From: Octopus vulgaris | Lineage: Eukaryota | DNA length: 64,000 nucleotides | Assembly: GCA_951406725.2 (NCBI GenBank) | Contig: OX597830.1 | Location: 15,066,001-15,130,000 of the forward strand | Direction of reading: 5' to 3' | In this document: positions 13,684 through 29,152 of the stretch, piece after piece | How the letters are laid out: every line of letters begins with the position of its first letter | How positions within the stretch are numbered: position 1 is the stretch's first letter | Translations under genes and position numbers: made by a program | The notes under the pieces: model-generated | What the model saw: the letters and a program-made list of their open reading frames with translations, nothing else | Database searches by the model: none | Told to the model about the DNA's origin: nothing

Positions 13684-14136
13684 ATTTATTTATTTATTTA
13701 TTTTTATCTAGTTTCAGCTCACGAGCTGTGGCCATACTGGGGCACCGCCATTTGGTGTTACTACATGATTTTACTTCACGAATGCTTTTTAGCAATTGCC
13801 ATTTGGTGCATGAGAGAGTTCGATGCAGCTGCCCTCATCTGCACCTCCTGCCGTGAAGTTGGTTCATCTGGGACACCTGAGAGGAAGAAATCCAGTTTTA
13901 TTTTAAAGACATCTGCATCCACCCCATGCAGGTCTCTCAGGTTCTTCGGGAGGATATTGAAAAGCTGTGGGCCTCTGAAGCCCAGGCTATCACAGTATCT
14001 TGTCCTACATCTTGATGGCAAATTTGGAGTCCTTGGCACTATGCAGTGACGCCCAGTTCTATCATTTGTGTAACTCTCGATGCCAAAGTTTGGGACAAGT
14101 CCTTTTAGGATCTTCCAGATGTATATTATGGCATAT
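13684..14136 (-). mobile_element. CR1-group LINE 3' fragment
   Basis: YAIIYIWKILKGLVPN...SLGFRGPQLFNILPKNLR...FKIKLDFFL; (AAAT)n tail. Confidence 0.82.
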
Positions 14137-14679
14137 GTTGTGAATTAATGGAGAAAATGACTGAGTGAGTTCAAAAGACTTATTTTATAGAATGGGTAAG
14201 GTTTTGAAAAAAAAAAGCATAATTCCCGAAACTCTGTGATTGCCATCGACACCTGTTGTACGCTACAGTTCTCAGGATATTCGGTAAGATTGAGGAAATG
14301 GACGTATGTACGTAGAAATTGCTGTATTAATTCCAACTCTTCTACCCGAAAGCAAATGTAACTTGCCTGTATATGGAGCAAAAACGCTGCGGCCGTTACT
14401 TGATTAGTATATCAGAATGTGTTGCTACAGAAAAACGAAAGCTGAATTTTAATTTGTTAAACAGCAACGAGTTTTTGCTTTAATATGTTGAGTCATTAAG
14501 TTTGAAGAAACACAAGCCAAAGATTGATAGAAAGAAAGTGTAGAAAAGAAGAGAGTGAAAATTTGGAGGTCAATGGACATGCATGGAAAACTTGAAAGTA
14601 AATAATGTTGATATTTAACATAGGTACAAGGCTACAATCTTTGTAAGAGGCTTGTGGTCGTTTAAACTGACCGCTGTAC

Positions 14680-15005
14680 TCGATGGTACGTTTAACCTCT
14701 CGAAAGAGCTGTTCTTCACTCCTGCACCAGAGCGTCGGCTGCGGGATCACTCCGAAAAGCTCTATCTGCGACGATTTCATCTCAATCGAAGGAGAGGGGC
14801 TTTCTTCGTCCGGGTTGCGGATCCGTGGAATAAGCTGCCGGACGAGATGGTGAAGATGCCGAGGACCGCTCGGTTCAAAGTCTCCCTTGACCACAAGTGG
14901 CCTGAACTCTTTACATGAACACCACCCTGTACATAACTCCATGTTCCCCTACATGGCCTTGCATTTTGCTTTTTGAGCCAAAAATTAACTAACTAACTAA
15001 CTAAC
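14680..15005 (+). mobile_element. CR1 LINE 3' fragment
   Basis: RLRDHSEKL...RRGAFFVRVADPWNKLP...FKVSLD; (AACT)n tail. Confidence 0.85.
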
Positions 15006-15359
15006 ATTTCCAGTGAGCCATCAGAAAAAAAAAGAAAAAACTGAGATGACGAATGAAAACATCAAATCTTCCCGTGACCATTTTGTCGAACGTTCTACCA
15101 ATTCTGTCAACCCATCAATAATACAGAGAAAGAACTTCACAAGGCACAATAAAACAGCAGTTCTACCGTTTTATGAATGTGCCAGCCCAGTTTCTCTTTA
15201 AATATAAAATATATCAGTGAAAATAATGTTGTTTAAGGAGTGTTGTGAAGAAAAGTAGACAGCGTGAGAAATAAATGGGTGACTAATAGTTTAAGCAAGT
15301 CATTAATAATGTACTGTATTTCATGTCTTTATACAACACATAGAATTCAAACATAAATA

Positions 15360-15439
15360 TCTATATACACACATGCATATATATTTGTGTATATGATACA
15401 TGTATGTATGTGTGCATGTATACAGCTATGTATACACAC

Positions 15440-15488
<49 letters not shown>

Positions 15489-15637
15489 TATATATATATA
15501 TATATATACGCATTTATATATATATACACACACATGTATATATACATATATATATATGTATATATATATATATATGAATATATATATATATATATTTGTG
15601 TGTGTGTATATATACATATATATATATGTATATATAC

Positions 15638-15697
<60 letters not shown>

Positions 15698-15815
15698 GAA
15701 TATATAACTATATATATATATATATATATATGAGTATATATATATATGTATACATACATATATCTGTATACATGTGTGTGTCTGTGTGCGTGCGTCTGTG
15801 ATGTATGTATGTATG
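15360..15815. repeat. (TA)n/(TG)n-rich microsatellite block
   Basis: Direct inspection. Confidence 0.95.
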
Positions 15816-17459
15816 ACCAAAGTAACCTGATAAATTTATTATCAATTCAGAAACACCCGAGTAACCTGCAACCGATAATTGCTGTATTTCTACTATTTTA
15901 TTATAGGCTAAATGTTTACGAGAGTGGAAATGTAACATTTGGGTTGTTTGCCATAACAAATGACTCTTAGATTGAACTCTTCTATTGAAAATGCCAGTGC
16001 CGTACCAGTTCTATTCAAGCTAATGTTCTATTTACTATATCAACAGCACAATTGTTAACTGGGCTTCTTTCTTTTTCTTTTTCTTTTTCTTTTTTTTTCT
16101 TTCTCAGATACATACTTTTTCTATTGTAATATTTTATGCTTTATTTTGGTTGCGAAAAACTATATTGCATATATGTGGTTCAGTTTTGCAAAATCTAAAC
16201 TTTAAATACATCAAATGCTGCGAAGGAGGTATATTCGTAAGTTGTTTTGTTGTTTGTTTTCTTCCTGTGCTGTTTTGTTTTTTTTTAAACTAATTGATGG
16301 AGCTATAGCATAACTATCTTCAATAGTTTTAAAGAAATATTGGTATTTCATTCAATTAAATACCATTAGACGGAGTGATGGCCAGTATACTATAATTTGT
16401 CTTAAACAACGTTGTGTGTTCAGATATTTAGTTTTTGCTTCGTCGTTGTATTTGTCTTGTATTTCTAAAGAGGTTTTTAAAGAAATTTTCTACTGAATAT
16501 GCTTGTTAATTTCCTTTCTATCTCCTTTTACAGCAGCCCAGGAATTAGACGATAGAATCTTACTTCCATACTCGTATATTTGTGTTGAAAATATCAGAAG
16601 CTGAACACGTCTTCAATGTGTATCAATGAAGTAGAGAAATGTGTACCTACGCAGATACCTATTTGCTGTTCTGTTCAATGGTCGGATCAGTTAGAATCGT
16701 TCTCATAGAGATCAAGAATTCATTGATCTTTTATTCCAGTTGCGTTGTTAAGCAAATATCTCTCTCGCTCTCTCTTTCGTCTCTTTTATTTCCATGCAAT
16801 TATCCTTTATTTTAACACAGGGAGACATCTAGTTATCAATATTCTGTTAAATAACTGGAGTTAAATATATGCCTTTTCAGTCTGTTTATTCTATCGAATA
16901 TTTGCCAGTAACTTTAGAAAAGAAGGCAGGAACTATGGACGCAAATATTGTACAATGCTATAGTTTTAAGAGTATCCTCAACTCCAAGAATGAGCAACAT
17001 AGAACGGACAGCTAAACCAAAACAGCGATACAAATATTTCAAACAGTTCTCTCATTGATCAATACCCTTTTTTGTATTCTCTTTTGTTCTCTTATTATTT
17101 CCCCTCTCTTTTACCGCTTCTCTGTCTGTCTCTCTCTCTTCCTTTCTCTTCCACTCCTTCCCTCTCCCTCTCTCTTATCCTCTTTCTATCTTTTTATCTC
17201 CCTCTTTCTTACACTTTTTTTCTCTCTTTCGCTCGCTGGCTCTATCTATCTTTCTATATCTCTTTAGTTTCTCTTTCATGCCTTCTGAATTTCTCCTTCC
17301 CCTAGCCTCTTATTCCTCATTCCTTCTTCCCACCTTTTCCCCACTCGCCTGAGTTTCTCATCCATTTCCTACATCAACCAGTGGAGAATTTACATTCATA
17401 TATACGCATGCATATATATGTATATACGTGCAGGAGTGTGTCTGTATCTGTCCGTGCAT

Positions 17460-17519
<60 letters not shown>

Positions 17520-18359
17520 GCGTGCACATTTATACATATGTACATATATGCATATTTATACGCAAACACACACACTCACTCGCTCACCACTACCCCTCAC
17601 ATACACACGCACATAAAGACACATACGCGCGCGCACATTTCTCCAAACATGTAATGCAAAGGCTTTGGCGAAAGCAAATGCGCATGCGTGGTTTCTTTTC
17701 CCAATTTACAGCCGTACGTTTATGCAGCGCTGATGTTGTATGTCTTTATAACCGTTGCCTAAGGTCCACAAAGCATAATTAGAATTGCGACCTTCTGGCA
17801 AGATCTTGTGATTTGATGCTGTTCACTCCCTTGTTATACCAGTCTAACCCTTTTTATGCCAGTGGGGAAACTATTGATGATTGCACCTTCGACCTGCTCA
17901 ATGCCAGCTATTGACGGCCAGTACATTTGAGGCTGTTAACTTTCCGATCAATATTCTGCAACCAGCTTCCTTTGCATCGACCATTATGAGCTCACTCTGA
18001 ACACGAGAGCTTACATGTAATCGTGTGTGTATGATACATTCACGACTGTATCTACTCATGAGAAACTTCGGCACATACACGCTCACACACGGCAGCGTAT
18101 CTCCGCATGCATGCACGCGTATACATCTTTGTATATAAATATATACACAGGAACACAAAGACATACACACATATATATATATATATATCCTTATCCAGCA
18201 CACACACACGTAGATACGACTGTTGTGGAGAGACTTCCTACTACACGAATCCAGAAATAACGCCAAATATTTCTAGTATGCAACATTAAATCTGGACCAC
18301 TACTCGAAGAAGAATCACATTAACGCATACATATACAGGTTCACTTCCACATAGTGATA

Positions 18360-20300
<1,941 letters not shown>

Positions 20301-20633
20301 TGTATATCATGTATTTATCTATCAATTTTTCAGTTTTCTCTTCGCTCCTCTCTTCCTCATAATCTTTCCCCTCTCAGACACTTTTTCTTTTCTCTCTATC
20401 CCCTTTCTCTCTCTCTCTCTCTCTCTCTCTATCTCGCTGTCTCTATCTGCTTCTCTCTCTCCCTCTCTCTCTGTCTCTCATATGTATAGATAAATGTAAG
20501 TTTGAGTGCACACTATGAGCATTATTTTTGCTCTTCCTCTCTTTATTTCCTTTTTTTTTCTATCTATCCAGTCTATTCACATTTTCACTCTCTCTCTCTC
20601 TTTCTCTTTCTTTCTCTGTCTATCTCTTTCTCA

Positions 20634-20664
<31 letters not shown>

Positions 20665-21122
20665 CCTCTCTTTCTGGCTGTTTCCCACCGACTGTCCCTC
20701 CCTGCTCTGCAGTAGTAAGCTCTCTTCTCTCCTTTCTCTTACTCTCCACCAGCTTGTCCACTACCATGCAGCAGGGATCAATGCTCTGTGCATTCAAACC
20801 ATCAGCTTGATGCAGTAAAAACCAATGTAGGCCTTAGAACAGGAAATTATTGACGGTAAAGCACAATGTCGTACAGATATCTATGTGTGTGTGTGTTTGT
20901 GTCTGTGTGTGTGTGTGTGTTTGTGTGTCTGTGTGTGTGTGTGTGTGTGTAGGTGGGTGTACATATAAGCATACGTATATTTTTAAATAAGCTGTCAAGT
21001 GAAGCTTAAAGTCTCAGTTAATGTAACTTTTATAATAAATTTCACTCCACATTCGGTATTGAGTCCTCCAATCAGTAACTGTTCCGTTTGTTCTTAATCA
21101 TGTTTTAATATGATAATCTCAA

Positions 21123-21216
<94 letters not shown>

Positions 21217-21360
21217 TACAATAATAGAGGATAAAACTTTTCTTTAAATTTTATCTGTGGCCAGCATATAAAAGAGAACCGATTAAGGTGAAATTATATG
21301 TATAATTATAATAAAAGTTAGAAAATGTCTCTTCTATGACTTTATTATAATTATAGACAC

Positions 21361-21400
<40 letters not shown>

Positions 21401-21437
21401 TATATACATACGTGTATGTACATACTTACATCTATAC

Positions 21438-21485
<48 letters not shown>

Positions 21486-21549
21486 GTGTGTATATATATA
21501 TAATATATATATATACTTTATTTCAAAGCAGCAGAAAATTCAACAAAAC

Positions 21550-21587
21550 CTGTTACTCTGAGTTTCCCGTTGCCGTTCATCGGACAG
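21550..21587 (-). ncRNA. Minimal type I hammerhead ribozyme motif, inverted copy
   Basis: Reverse complement: CUGU CCGAUGA ACG-GCAA-CGG GAAA CUCAGAG UA ACAG. Confidence 0.6.
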
Positions 21588-21956
21588 TTTTTTCTCTTTG
21601 TTCCCTCCTCCTTTCATCTGAGTCCCATCCTCTCCTCTCTTCATCTGATACCTACTTCCTCTTTCACCCTACCTACCTTCTCTCTTCATTGATACTCCTC
21701 TCCATCCACACACCATACCCGCACATCTCACTCCCATATACTCACTCCTAGTTAGGAGAAGAAAGAAAGATGGCCGACGGTCACGTAACTTGTGTTTCTT
21801 TCTCTCTGTTGTAGCTGTCCGATGAACGGCAACGGGAAACTCAGAGTAACAGCTTTTGTTGAATTTTCTGCTGCTTTAAATAAAATCATATTACTCTACC
21901 ACTGGTATTTGAGTACTCTATTTTCCACCTTGTTTCACATGTATGTGTTTACTCCG

Positions 21957-21960
<4 letters not shown>
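21588..21960 (+). mobile_element. Inverted Penelope pseudo-LTR / 3' tail copy
   Basis: 21591-21817 is the reverse complement of 22096-22316, directly downstream of the GIY-YIG region; continues into a hammerhead motif and AATAAA. Confidence 0.85.
21813..21854 (+). ncRNA. Minimal type I hammerhead ribozyme motif in the Penelope pseudo-LTR
   Basis: Stem I AGCUGU/ACAGCU, core CCGAUGA (variant of CUGAUGA), stem II with GCAA loop, GAAA, near-palindromic stem III ACUC-A-GAGU, GUA cleavage triplet ending at 21848. Confidence 0.7.
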
Positions 21961-22017
<57 letters not shown>

Positions 22018-22039
22018 TATGTGCGCATAGGACGTCACG

Positions 22040-23668
22040 AAACGTAAATTAAGCTTGGACGACAGGAGACAGACACGAACACGTCATCCTTGTTCCAGCT
22101 ACAACGGAGAGAAAGAAACACAAGTTACGTGACCGTCGGCCATCTTCTCCTAACTAGGAGTGAGTATATGGGAGTGAGATGTCCGGGTATGGTGTGTGGA
22201 TGGAGAGGAGTATCAATGAAGAGAGAAGGTAGGTAGGGTGAAAGAGGAAGTAGGTATCAGATGAAGAGAGGAGAGGATGGGACTCAGATGAAAGGAGGAG
22301 GGGAACAAAGAGAAAAGATTAAATCCTGTTCTTCGGCGAAGGCGAGATTCCGGGTGGCCGCTGTGCAAAGACAATCCGAACACAGACAGGTGTTGTAGTG
22401 AATGACCAGTAGAGCGGAAATGGCGCGAAACCGCGGTGTCATTACCGAGTCTGATGTCTCAGGTGTGCTCCGCGAACCGGTCAGCCAAACAGTGTCCTGT
22501 TTGATCGATGTACAGAGACGGGCAGAAAGAACAGGAGATGCAGTAAATAACGTTGCTAGAAAGTGCAAGTAAAGTAGTCGGTGATATGATAGGGACGATG
22601 ATAGGTGCCTGTGAGGATGGTTGTGTTGGTGAGGTAGGGGCAGGTGCGGCAGAGTGAACTGGAGCAGCGGTACGAGCCAGGTTGAAACGTGGGGTTAGTG
22701 AAGAAACTGTGAACCAGAAAATCACGCAGGTTGTGGGCTCGTTTGAAGGAGCAAAGGAGTAGGTTGGGAAAGATGCGTGAAGTGGAGGCGTTGGACTGCA
22801 GTCGCCGGAAGGCTCGGAGAATGGTGCGTTGGAGGAGCAGAGTGGAGGTGTGGTAGGTGGGGGGGAAACGGGAGAAGGGCATCGCTGGGGTGTGGTGGGA
22901 AAGAGAGCAGAAGCACGGACCACGGAACGTGTTCTGGCGAGGATTGTGTGGATAGTGGTAGGGGATATCCACGAAGATGAAGTGGTGAGCCATGAGTTAA
23001 GACTGAGTCATGGTTGTCACTGCAGAGCCTGGGTAGACGGAGGAATCAGGAGCAGGGAATGGAGAGCTTGGTGTGGATAGAGTGAGAGGAGAAGTTAAGA
23101 TAAGAGTGTGAGTCGGTGTGTTTGTAGTGGATGGAGGTAGTGAGATGCGAAGTGTCGAGAGATGCGACGGAAGTGTTGGAAATAGTGCAGGAGAATTCGA
23201 GGGCAGGATGGAAGGATTGGACAAAGGAGAGAAAGGAGTGTAGTTGTTCGCGGGAGAGTGAGGTCGCACCGATACAGTCATCAATATAACGATCGTATAG
23301 TTCGGGAGTGGGACCAGTGAACCTTGAGAATATTTGGACCGCAACGTAGCCAACGAACAGTTTCGCATAGTTGGGACCCATTCTCGTTCCCATAGCCACT
23401 CCCGAGTGCTGTTGGTAAAAATCCCCCGCGAACGTGAAGCAGCAGAGGGAGAGAACAAGCTCGGCCAGACGAAGAAGTGTGGAGATGCCCGGCTGAGGGT
23501 TGGGTCGAAAGTCTAGGAAGTATTTGAGTGCAAGAAGCCCTTCCTTGTGTAGGATCACTGTACATCAAGAGCAAAGAGAAGTTTAGAGTGGTCAGGAGGG
23601 AAGAAGAAAGAGTTGAAGAATCGGAGAGCACGGTTAGTGTCGTGGATGTGGGGCGGGAATGGAACATA
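22040..23668 (-). mobile_element. Penelope-like retroelement (RT + GIY-YIG), 5'-truncated and frameshifted
   Basis: RT: FYQQHSGVAMGTRMGP...RYIDD...FHPALEF; linker SFKRAHNLRDFLV, CSSSLCRTC; endonuclease NVIYCISC...LYIDQTG...RFAEH. Confidence 0.93.
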
Positions 23669-23875
23669 TACACAATATTAACTGAAGCAGAATATCATAT
23701 TTATCCTACTTTTACAAGGAAAATAGTTAGCAGTGACTTCGAAGTATCGGTTTTGATGCTTTCATCAGAGAAGCTGGTGGCAGTAACTAAACTAAATATT
23801 CGAAATCACTGTCAACCTTGTGATGTAACGGTTAGAAATATATAAACAGACACACACATCAAACACACACAAGCA

Positions 23876-23927
<52 letters not shown>

Positions 23928-24036
23928 AACACATAGAAAGAGAAACAGTGTTGGATGAGAAATATATACACACACACATACATACATACATACATACATG
24001 CATACAAACATACATACATACATACATACATTGTGG

Positions 24037-24117
<81 letters not shown>

Positions 24118-25363
24118 GATAGAGAGACAAGTACATATATGTATATATGTGTGTGTGTGTGTAAGTGTATGTGTACGTGTATATTCATATAGCTAGCTTG
24201 CTTTATGAGGGTAAATAGAATTTCACCTTCGCCATTATTTAAAGATTGAGTGATGCGAAAAAAAGAAAATCCAACTGATAAGTGAAGAGAAATATCCGTA
24301 AATTCTTTAAAATGAGATAAAAATACTGAAAAAAAAATAATTTTTAAACATATATATATCAAAAACTGAAGCACCGTACTTAGTTTCAATAGAAAGCTGT
24401 TCAAATGGACAAGTTTCGATAACAAAATAATCAGAAAACTCAAAAATTATTTTGGACGCAATCGTAAAATATAACGCAATACAATAGATCGGGTAAAAAC
24501 TGACTTTAAGAAATGGAGATAAACTCTTTCACTTCTTTGATAATTTAATCCAACCATTCTTGCTTCCAATTTATTTATATTGCTTTTCTAAAATACTGGG
24601 TTGATTCTATATTGTGAGAACCAATTTTAAAAGCTGCCACAGAAATTTGGCATTAGTTTTATAAAATTCGTACGTTGTTCATTGTTTCGTTATTCTTTGA
24701 ATGTTACGCAGAAAGAAACGTTAATTATGAGTTTTAAAGAGGAAAATGCATAGACATGCATAAAAAGTACTTGCAAACGTACATAAATATCTACACACAC
24801 CATAAGCACATATATACATAGACGTGTATACATTACGTATATCATCTACTACATCATGAATATCATATACTTACATACAAGCAGATGTGTATGCATGTAT
24901 ACCATAAGCAGTAAGCGATGCGCCTTCACATCATATTATATTATCTATAGACACATATCTTTTATCTAGTCAATCATACTGTGTTATCCATTTAACCCCC
25001 TTAACTATTAAACCCATTCTGTCTTCCACAGAAAGTGGGTCCTTTGCAAACGTTAGTCTCTTGCTTCAGACACAGATCAGTTTTTTAAAAAAAAAAACAA
25101 AAAAAAAAACAAATACCCACATACATATGAGTGTTTAGGTCTTCCAACACGGAATTACTCGACAATATTGAACACAGGTTGATCTAATAAAGAAAACTAT
25201 TCAAGATTATGGGTTAGTGGGTGATCCACGATGATACAATCGCTCGACCTACCAGAAGTAGCAACCAAATCTCCCTCAAATCAAATATCATCGTCTTGAA
25301 ATATATATATAAGAAATATTGAGTTTCTAAATCTCTCGTAGAGAGGTGTACGGTGGTGGAGCG

Positions 25364-25618
25364 ATATAATGGTTGTATACTGTCAATCTAACAAGAACGT
25401 GACAGTAGGGGGTACACCACCGTTATATAGCCCTAGGAGGCATCGAACGCCTTCTGACAGCTTCGACACATTTTATCCTGTGTCCTTCGTATGTGTATAT
25501 AAGGACACAGGATAAAATGTGTCGAAGCTGTCAGGAGGCGTTCGATGCCTCCTAGGGACTATATAACGGTGGTGTACCCCCTACTGTCACGTTCTTGTTA
25601 GATTGACAGTATACAACC

Positions 25619-25625
<7 letters not shown>
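25364..25625. repeat. Near-perfect long inverted repeat (124/125-bp arms, 13-nt spacer)
   Basis: 25364-25487 matches the reverse complement of 25501-25625 except for one substitution and one 1-nt indel. Confidence 0.97.
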
Positions 25626-25659
<34 letters not shown>

Positions 25660-26753
25660 TGTGCTTTTTACATAGACTCCTTCCATCCTGCCACGAACCA
25701 AAAACGCTAACCAGTAGACATGCAGTACTCCGTAATTTACTCATTTCTATCCATGCTTCCTTGCAGAAATCGAGAAATATATATCGATCTGCCAAATCTG
25801 GGAGAGCCTGCGTATGTTATAAGCGTTGCCTCATCTCTTTTTCACAATGCAGTTGTTGTTACCATTCCGTTACTGAAGTTTCCTGTCCATTTTACACAAT
25901 GTATTCCGCTTCTGTTTTGTTTTTTTTCTATTGAAAATCATTAAAAATACATTAAAATATGACACACTGGTTTTTTTTATTCACTTTGGTTCCTATTTTT
26001 TTTTTTATTTTCTCGTTTGCCATCATAGAATTATTGATTCTGTTTCTAACTGAATACAATTATTATATCTAGACAATTTTAGACAATTTCCTTGTACTGA
26101 TCCATTAATCTTCCATTATTCCATTTCTTCTGCAATATCATCTGCTCTATTTCTGTTAATACCATTTAATATACTTCAATATAAGCATATCTAAACTATG
26201 TTAACGTGTCGATCTAAACCCTTGCTCAAACAATTCCCCCTTCTAATGCATTTACGGATCACTGCAAAGGCTTTCACTGGTTTTGGACTCAAAGTTCTTT
26301 TCTCTTAGCTCTCATAGATAATGCTTTGTTCCTTCATCCTGCAATTAAGGTTCCCTAAAATCCTTAAATGAAGATCTGGACTATTTCAAACTAAAGTAAA
26401 TTTGGAAGACAGTTGTGGAATCCTTCCTCAGAAATATTGGCAGGTCATAGATGTATGTCATGCTTATTGACAAAGAACTTTCATCCGGCTAATAAACCCA
26501 TCACAATGAACACTTTTATGTCGTCCGTTTTTCAGTTTATTTCTTTCTGCATACATTTTACTCTCTTCTCTTTCCATCTCTTTTTTCCATCCACCTTTTC
26601 TTATCTTTTCTGTTTCTGTGTTTAAAATTTCATTTTCGTTTCTCTCGCTTTTCTATCTTTTATTACACTTTATATTGGAATTCATGAACAACACCATCGG
26701 TCGTTTCCACCGAGTAAATCATAAGCTCACCGCATTTACAACAGCAAGAGTAA

Positions 26754-27109
26754 GTGGAGGCGCAATGGCGCAGTGGTTATGGCAGCGGACTCGCGGTCGG
26801 AGGATCGCGGTTTCGATTCCCAGATCAGGCCTTGTGTGTGTTTATTGAGCGAAAACACCTAAAGCTCCACGAAGCTCCGGCAGGGGGTGGTGGCGACCCC
26901 TGTTGTACTCTTTCGCTCCAACTTTCTCTCACTCTTTCTTCCTGTTTCTTGTCCCCGACTTCCTACGCAACCGCTGAGCCTGGACAGCGCATTCGTCCAT
27001 CCGTCGATGCTCTCGGTGTCGGGGGTTGACCTGCTTTCTCTTCTGCGGTGTCTTACGAATAGCAAAGGACCACGTTTCGGACTTCTCCCAAACGCTCAAG
27101 AAACAAACG
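26754..27109 (+). mobile_element. SINE family C, tail variant 3, full length
   Basis: Same head and body as the 7505 copy; duplication AACAGCAAGAGTAA at 26740-26753 and 27110-27123. Confidence 0.92.
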
Positions 27110-27417
27110 AACAGCAAGAGTAATAAGGGACAGCTTATGTAACTCAGGGCAGAAGATATATCGAAAGGGAGGTTAACGGAAACGCACTGACGATACACAC
27201 AGACACATGTATTCGTGCGCATGCGTAGCCACTTCTGAGACAACTCAAACTGGTGAGAGAGATAAGAAGCCTCATTCTGATAGCGGAAGTAGAGAGAAAA
27301 CATTGGGTATATGAGAAATATTGAAGAAACATGCATGCACATTTGCAGTGTGTAGTATACACCTCCCCCAGACATATGCGTTTGTGTACATAGACAGCTA
27401 CATATATGTTTATCACA

Positions 27418-27660
27418 ACATCACGTGACCGACCAGGGTATCAGATGTTGTTACACATCGCTGGTCACAATGCGTCTTTGCATTGTTTTAGCCTTCAAAT
27501 AACGCCTCCCCACTGGCTAGGCGAACAGGCCAACAAAGGGTGACTGGAGCAATATGAAGCAAAGTGCTTTGTTCAAGAACACAGCACGCTGCCCAGTCAG
27601 GGATTCGAACCCACGATCTAGCAATTGTAAGTGCAAACGCCTAACCACTGGGCCACACAC
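27418..27660 (-). mobile_element. tRNA-derived SINE with a different head but the family C variant-4 tail
   Basis: Reverse complement: TGGCCCAGTGGTTAGGCG...GGGTTCGAATCCC head; tail TGTTGGCCTG...GAAGGCTAAAACAATGC...CATCTGATACCCTGGTCGGTC. Confidence 0.8.
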
Positions 27661-27688
27661 TTTCACGCACTCACACACATATTATATT

Positions 27689-27935
<247 letters not shown>

Positions 27936-28212
27936 TATATATATATACATTACATGCCATACGTACGTATGTACGTACATGTACGTATATGTGTATGTGT
28001 ATGTATGTGTGTGTTTCCATGTATACAAAATAGCTTTTTACTATAAGCCACTCAAGACTCACCACGTGCATCACATACTCTCGCACATTCAAGCTTCCAA
28101 ACACACAAGAAACATATACAAACACTTAGATATATAGCCAACCACTTATAACCAAACAATCACACTCACACATAAACGCACACACATACATATAAACCTA
28201 GACACATACTAC

Positions 28213-28270
<58 letters not shown>

Positions 28271-28274
<4 letters not shown>

Positions 28275-28566
28275 AGTCGCAATGGACCAGTGGTTAGGGC
28301 AGCGGTCTCGCAGTCGTAGGATCGCGGTTTCGATTCTCAGACCGGGCGTTGTGAGTGTTTATTGAGCGAAAACACATACAGCTCCACGGGGTTCCGGCAG
28401 GGTGTGGTGGCGAGCCCTGCTGTACTCTTTCGCCACAACTTTCTTTCACTCTTTCTTCTGTTGGCCTGCTCGCTTAACCAGCGGGGTGGCGTCATTTGAA
28501 GGCTAAAACAATGCGAAGCGCATTGTGACCAGCGATGTGCAACAACATCTGATAGCCTGGTCGGTC
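28271..28566 (+). mobile_element. SINE family C, tail variant 4
   Basis: Head GTGGAGTCGCAATGGACCAGTGGTTAGGGCAGCGG; tail shared with the 27418-27660 element. Confidence 0.88.
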
Positions 28567-28672
28567 TAAGGCCAGAGTAGAAAAACACTTGTCCAAGGTA
28601 CCATGAAGAGGGTCTGAACGTGTAACTATGTGGTTAGGAAGCAAACTTCTCAACCACACAGTCATTGCACCT
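28567..28672 (-). mobile_element. SINE family B head fragment
   Basis: Reverse complement GTGTGGTTGAGAAGTTTGCTTCCTAACCACAT...CCTTGGACAAGTGT. Confidence 0.75.
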
Positions 28673-29121
28673 AATATGTGTCTGTGTGTGCGTTTACATT
28701 TGTTGTTAAATCGATTATTGTGTCCCACTATGTCTCAAAGTTAGCAGTTCATCAAGCAGAAACCTATAAAATAAATGCCGCATTGAAATACGTACTGAGG
28801 TCGGTATGATCAATTCGATTTTTGAAGGTGACACCCCATCATGGTGACAGCCGAGAAACTAAACCCAGTAAAATAATGTTTAAAAGCTTAATGGCTTCAG
28901 ATTTAAGGTAATGGATAACTAACCACAAGATAATGAGTTCAAAACTTCGTGTTGAACTTCCACTCTAAACGATAATACTACATGTACATCACAGTCTACT
29001 TCATTTCCAACAATTGACAATTGTAATTTGAAGTTGAATGGTTAGCATTAAGAATTCTTTCAAAATTATTGTACACAATATTCTAAGAAAAAGTAATTTT
29101 TTACCACAACAAAACACACAC

Positions 29122-29152
<31 letters not shown>

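Noticed and set aside
16060-16560. Host exons after strong polypyrimidine-AG sites near 16108 and 16533
   Set aside because: No convincing open frame with a matching donor; cannot be supported without transcripts.
26754-26830. tRNA-Arg gene
   Set aside because: The tRNA-like sequence continues into a multicopy body with a target duplication and lacks a proper acceptor stem; it is a SINE head.
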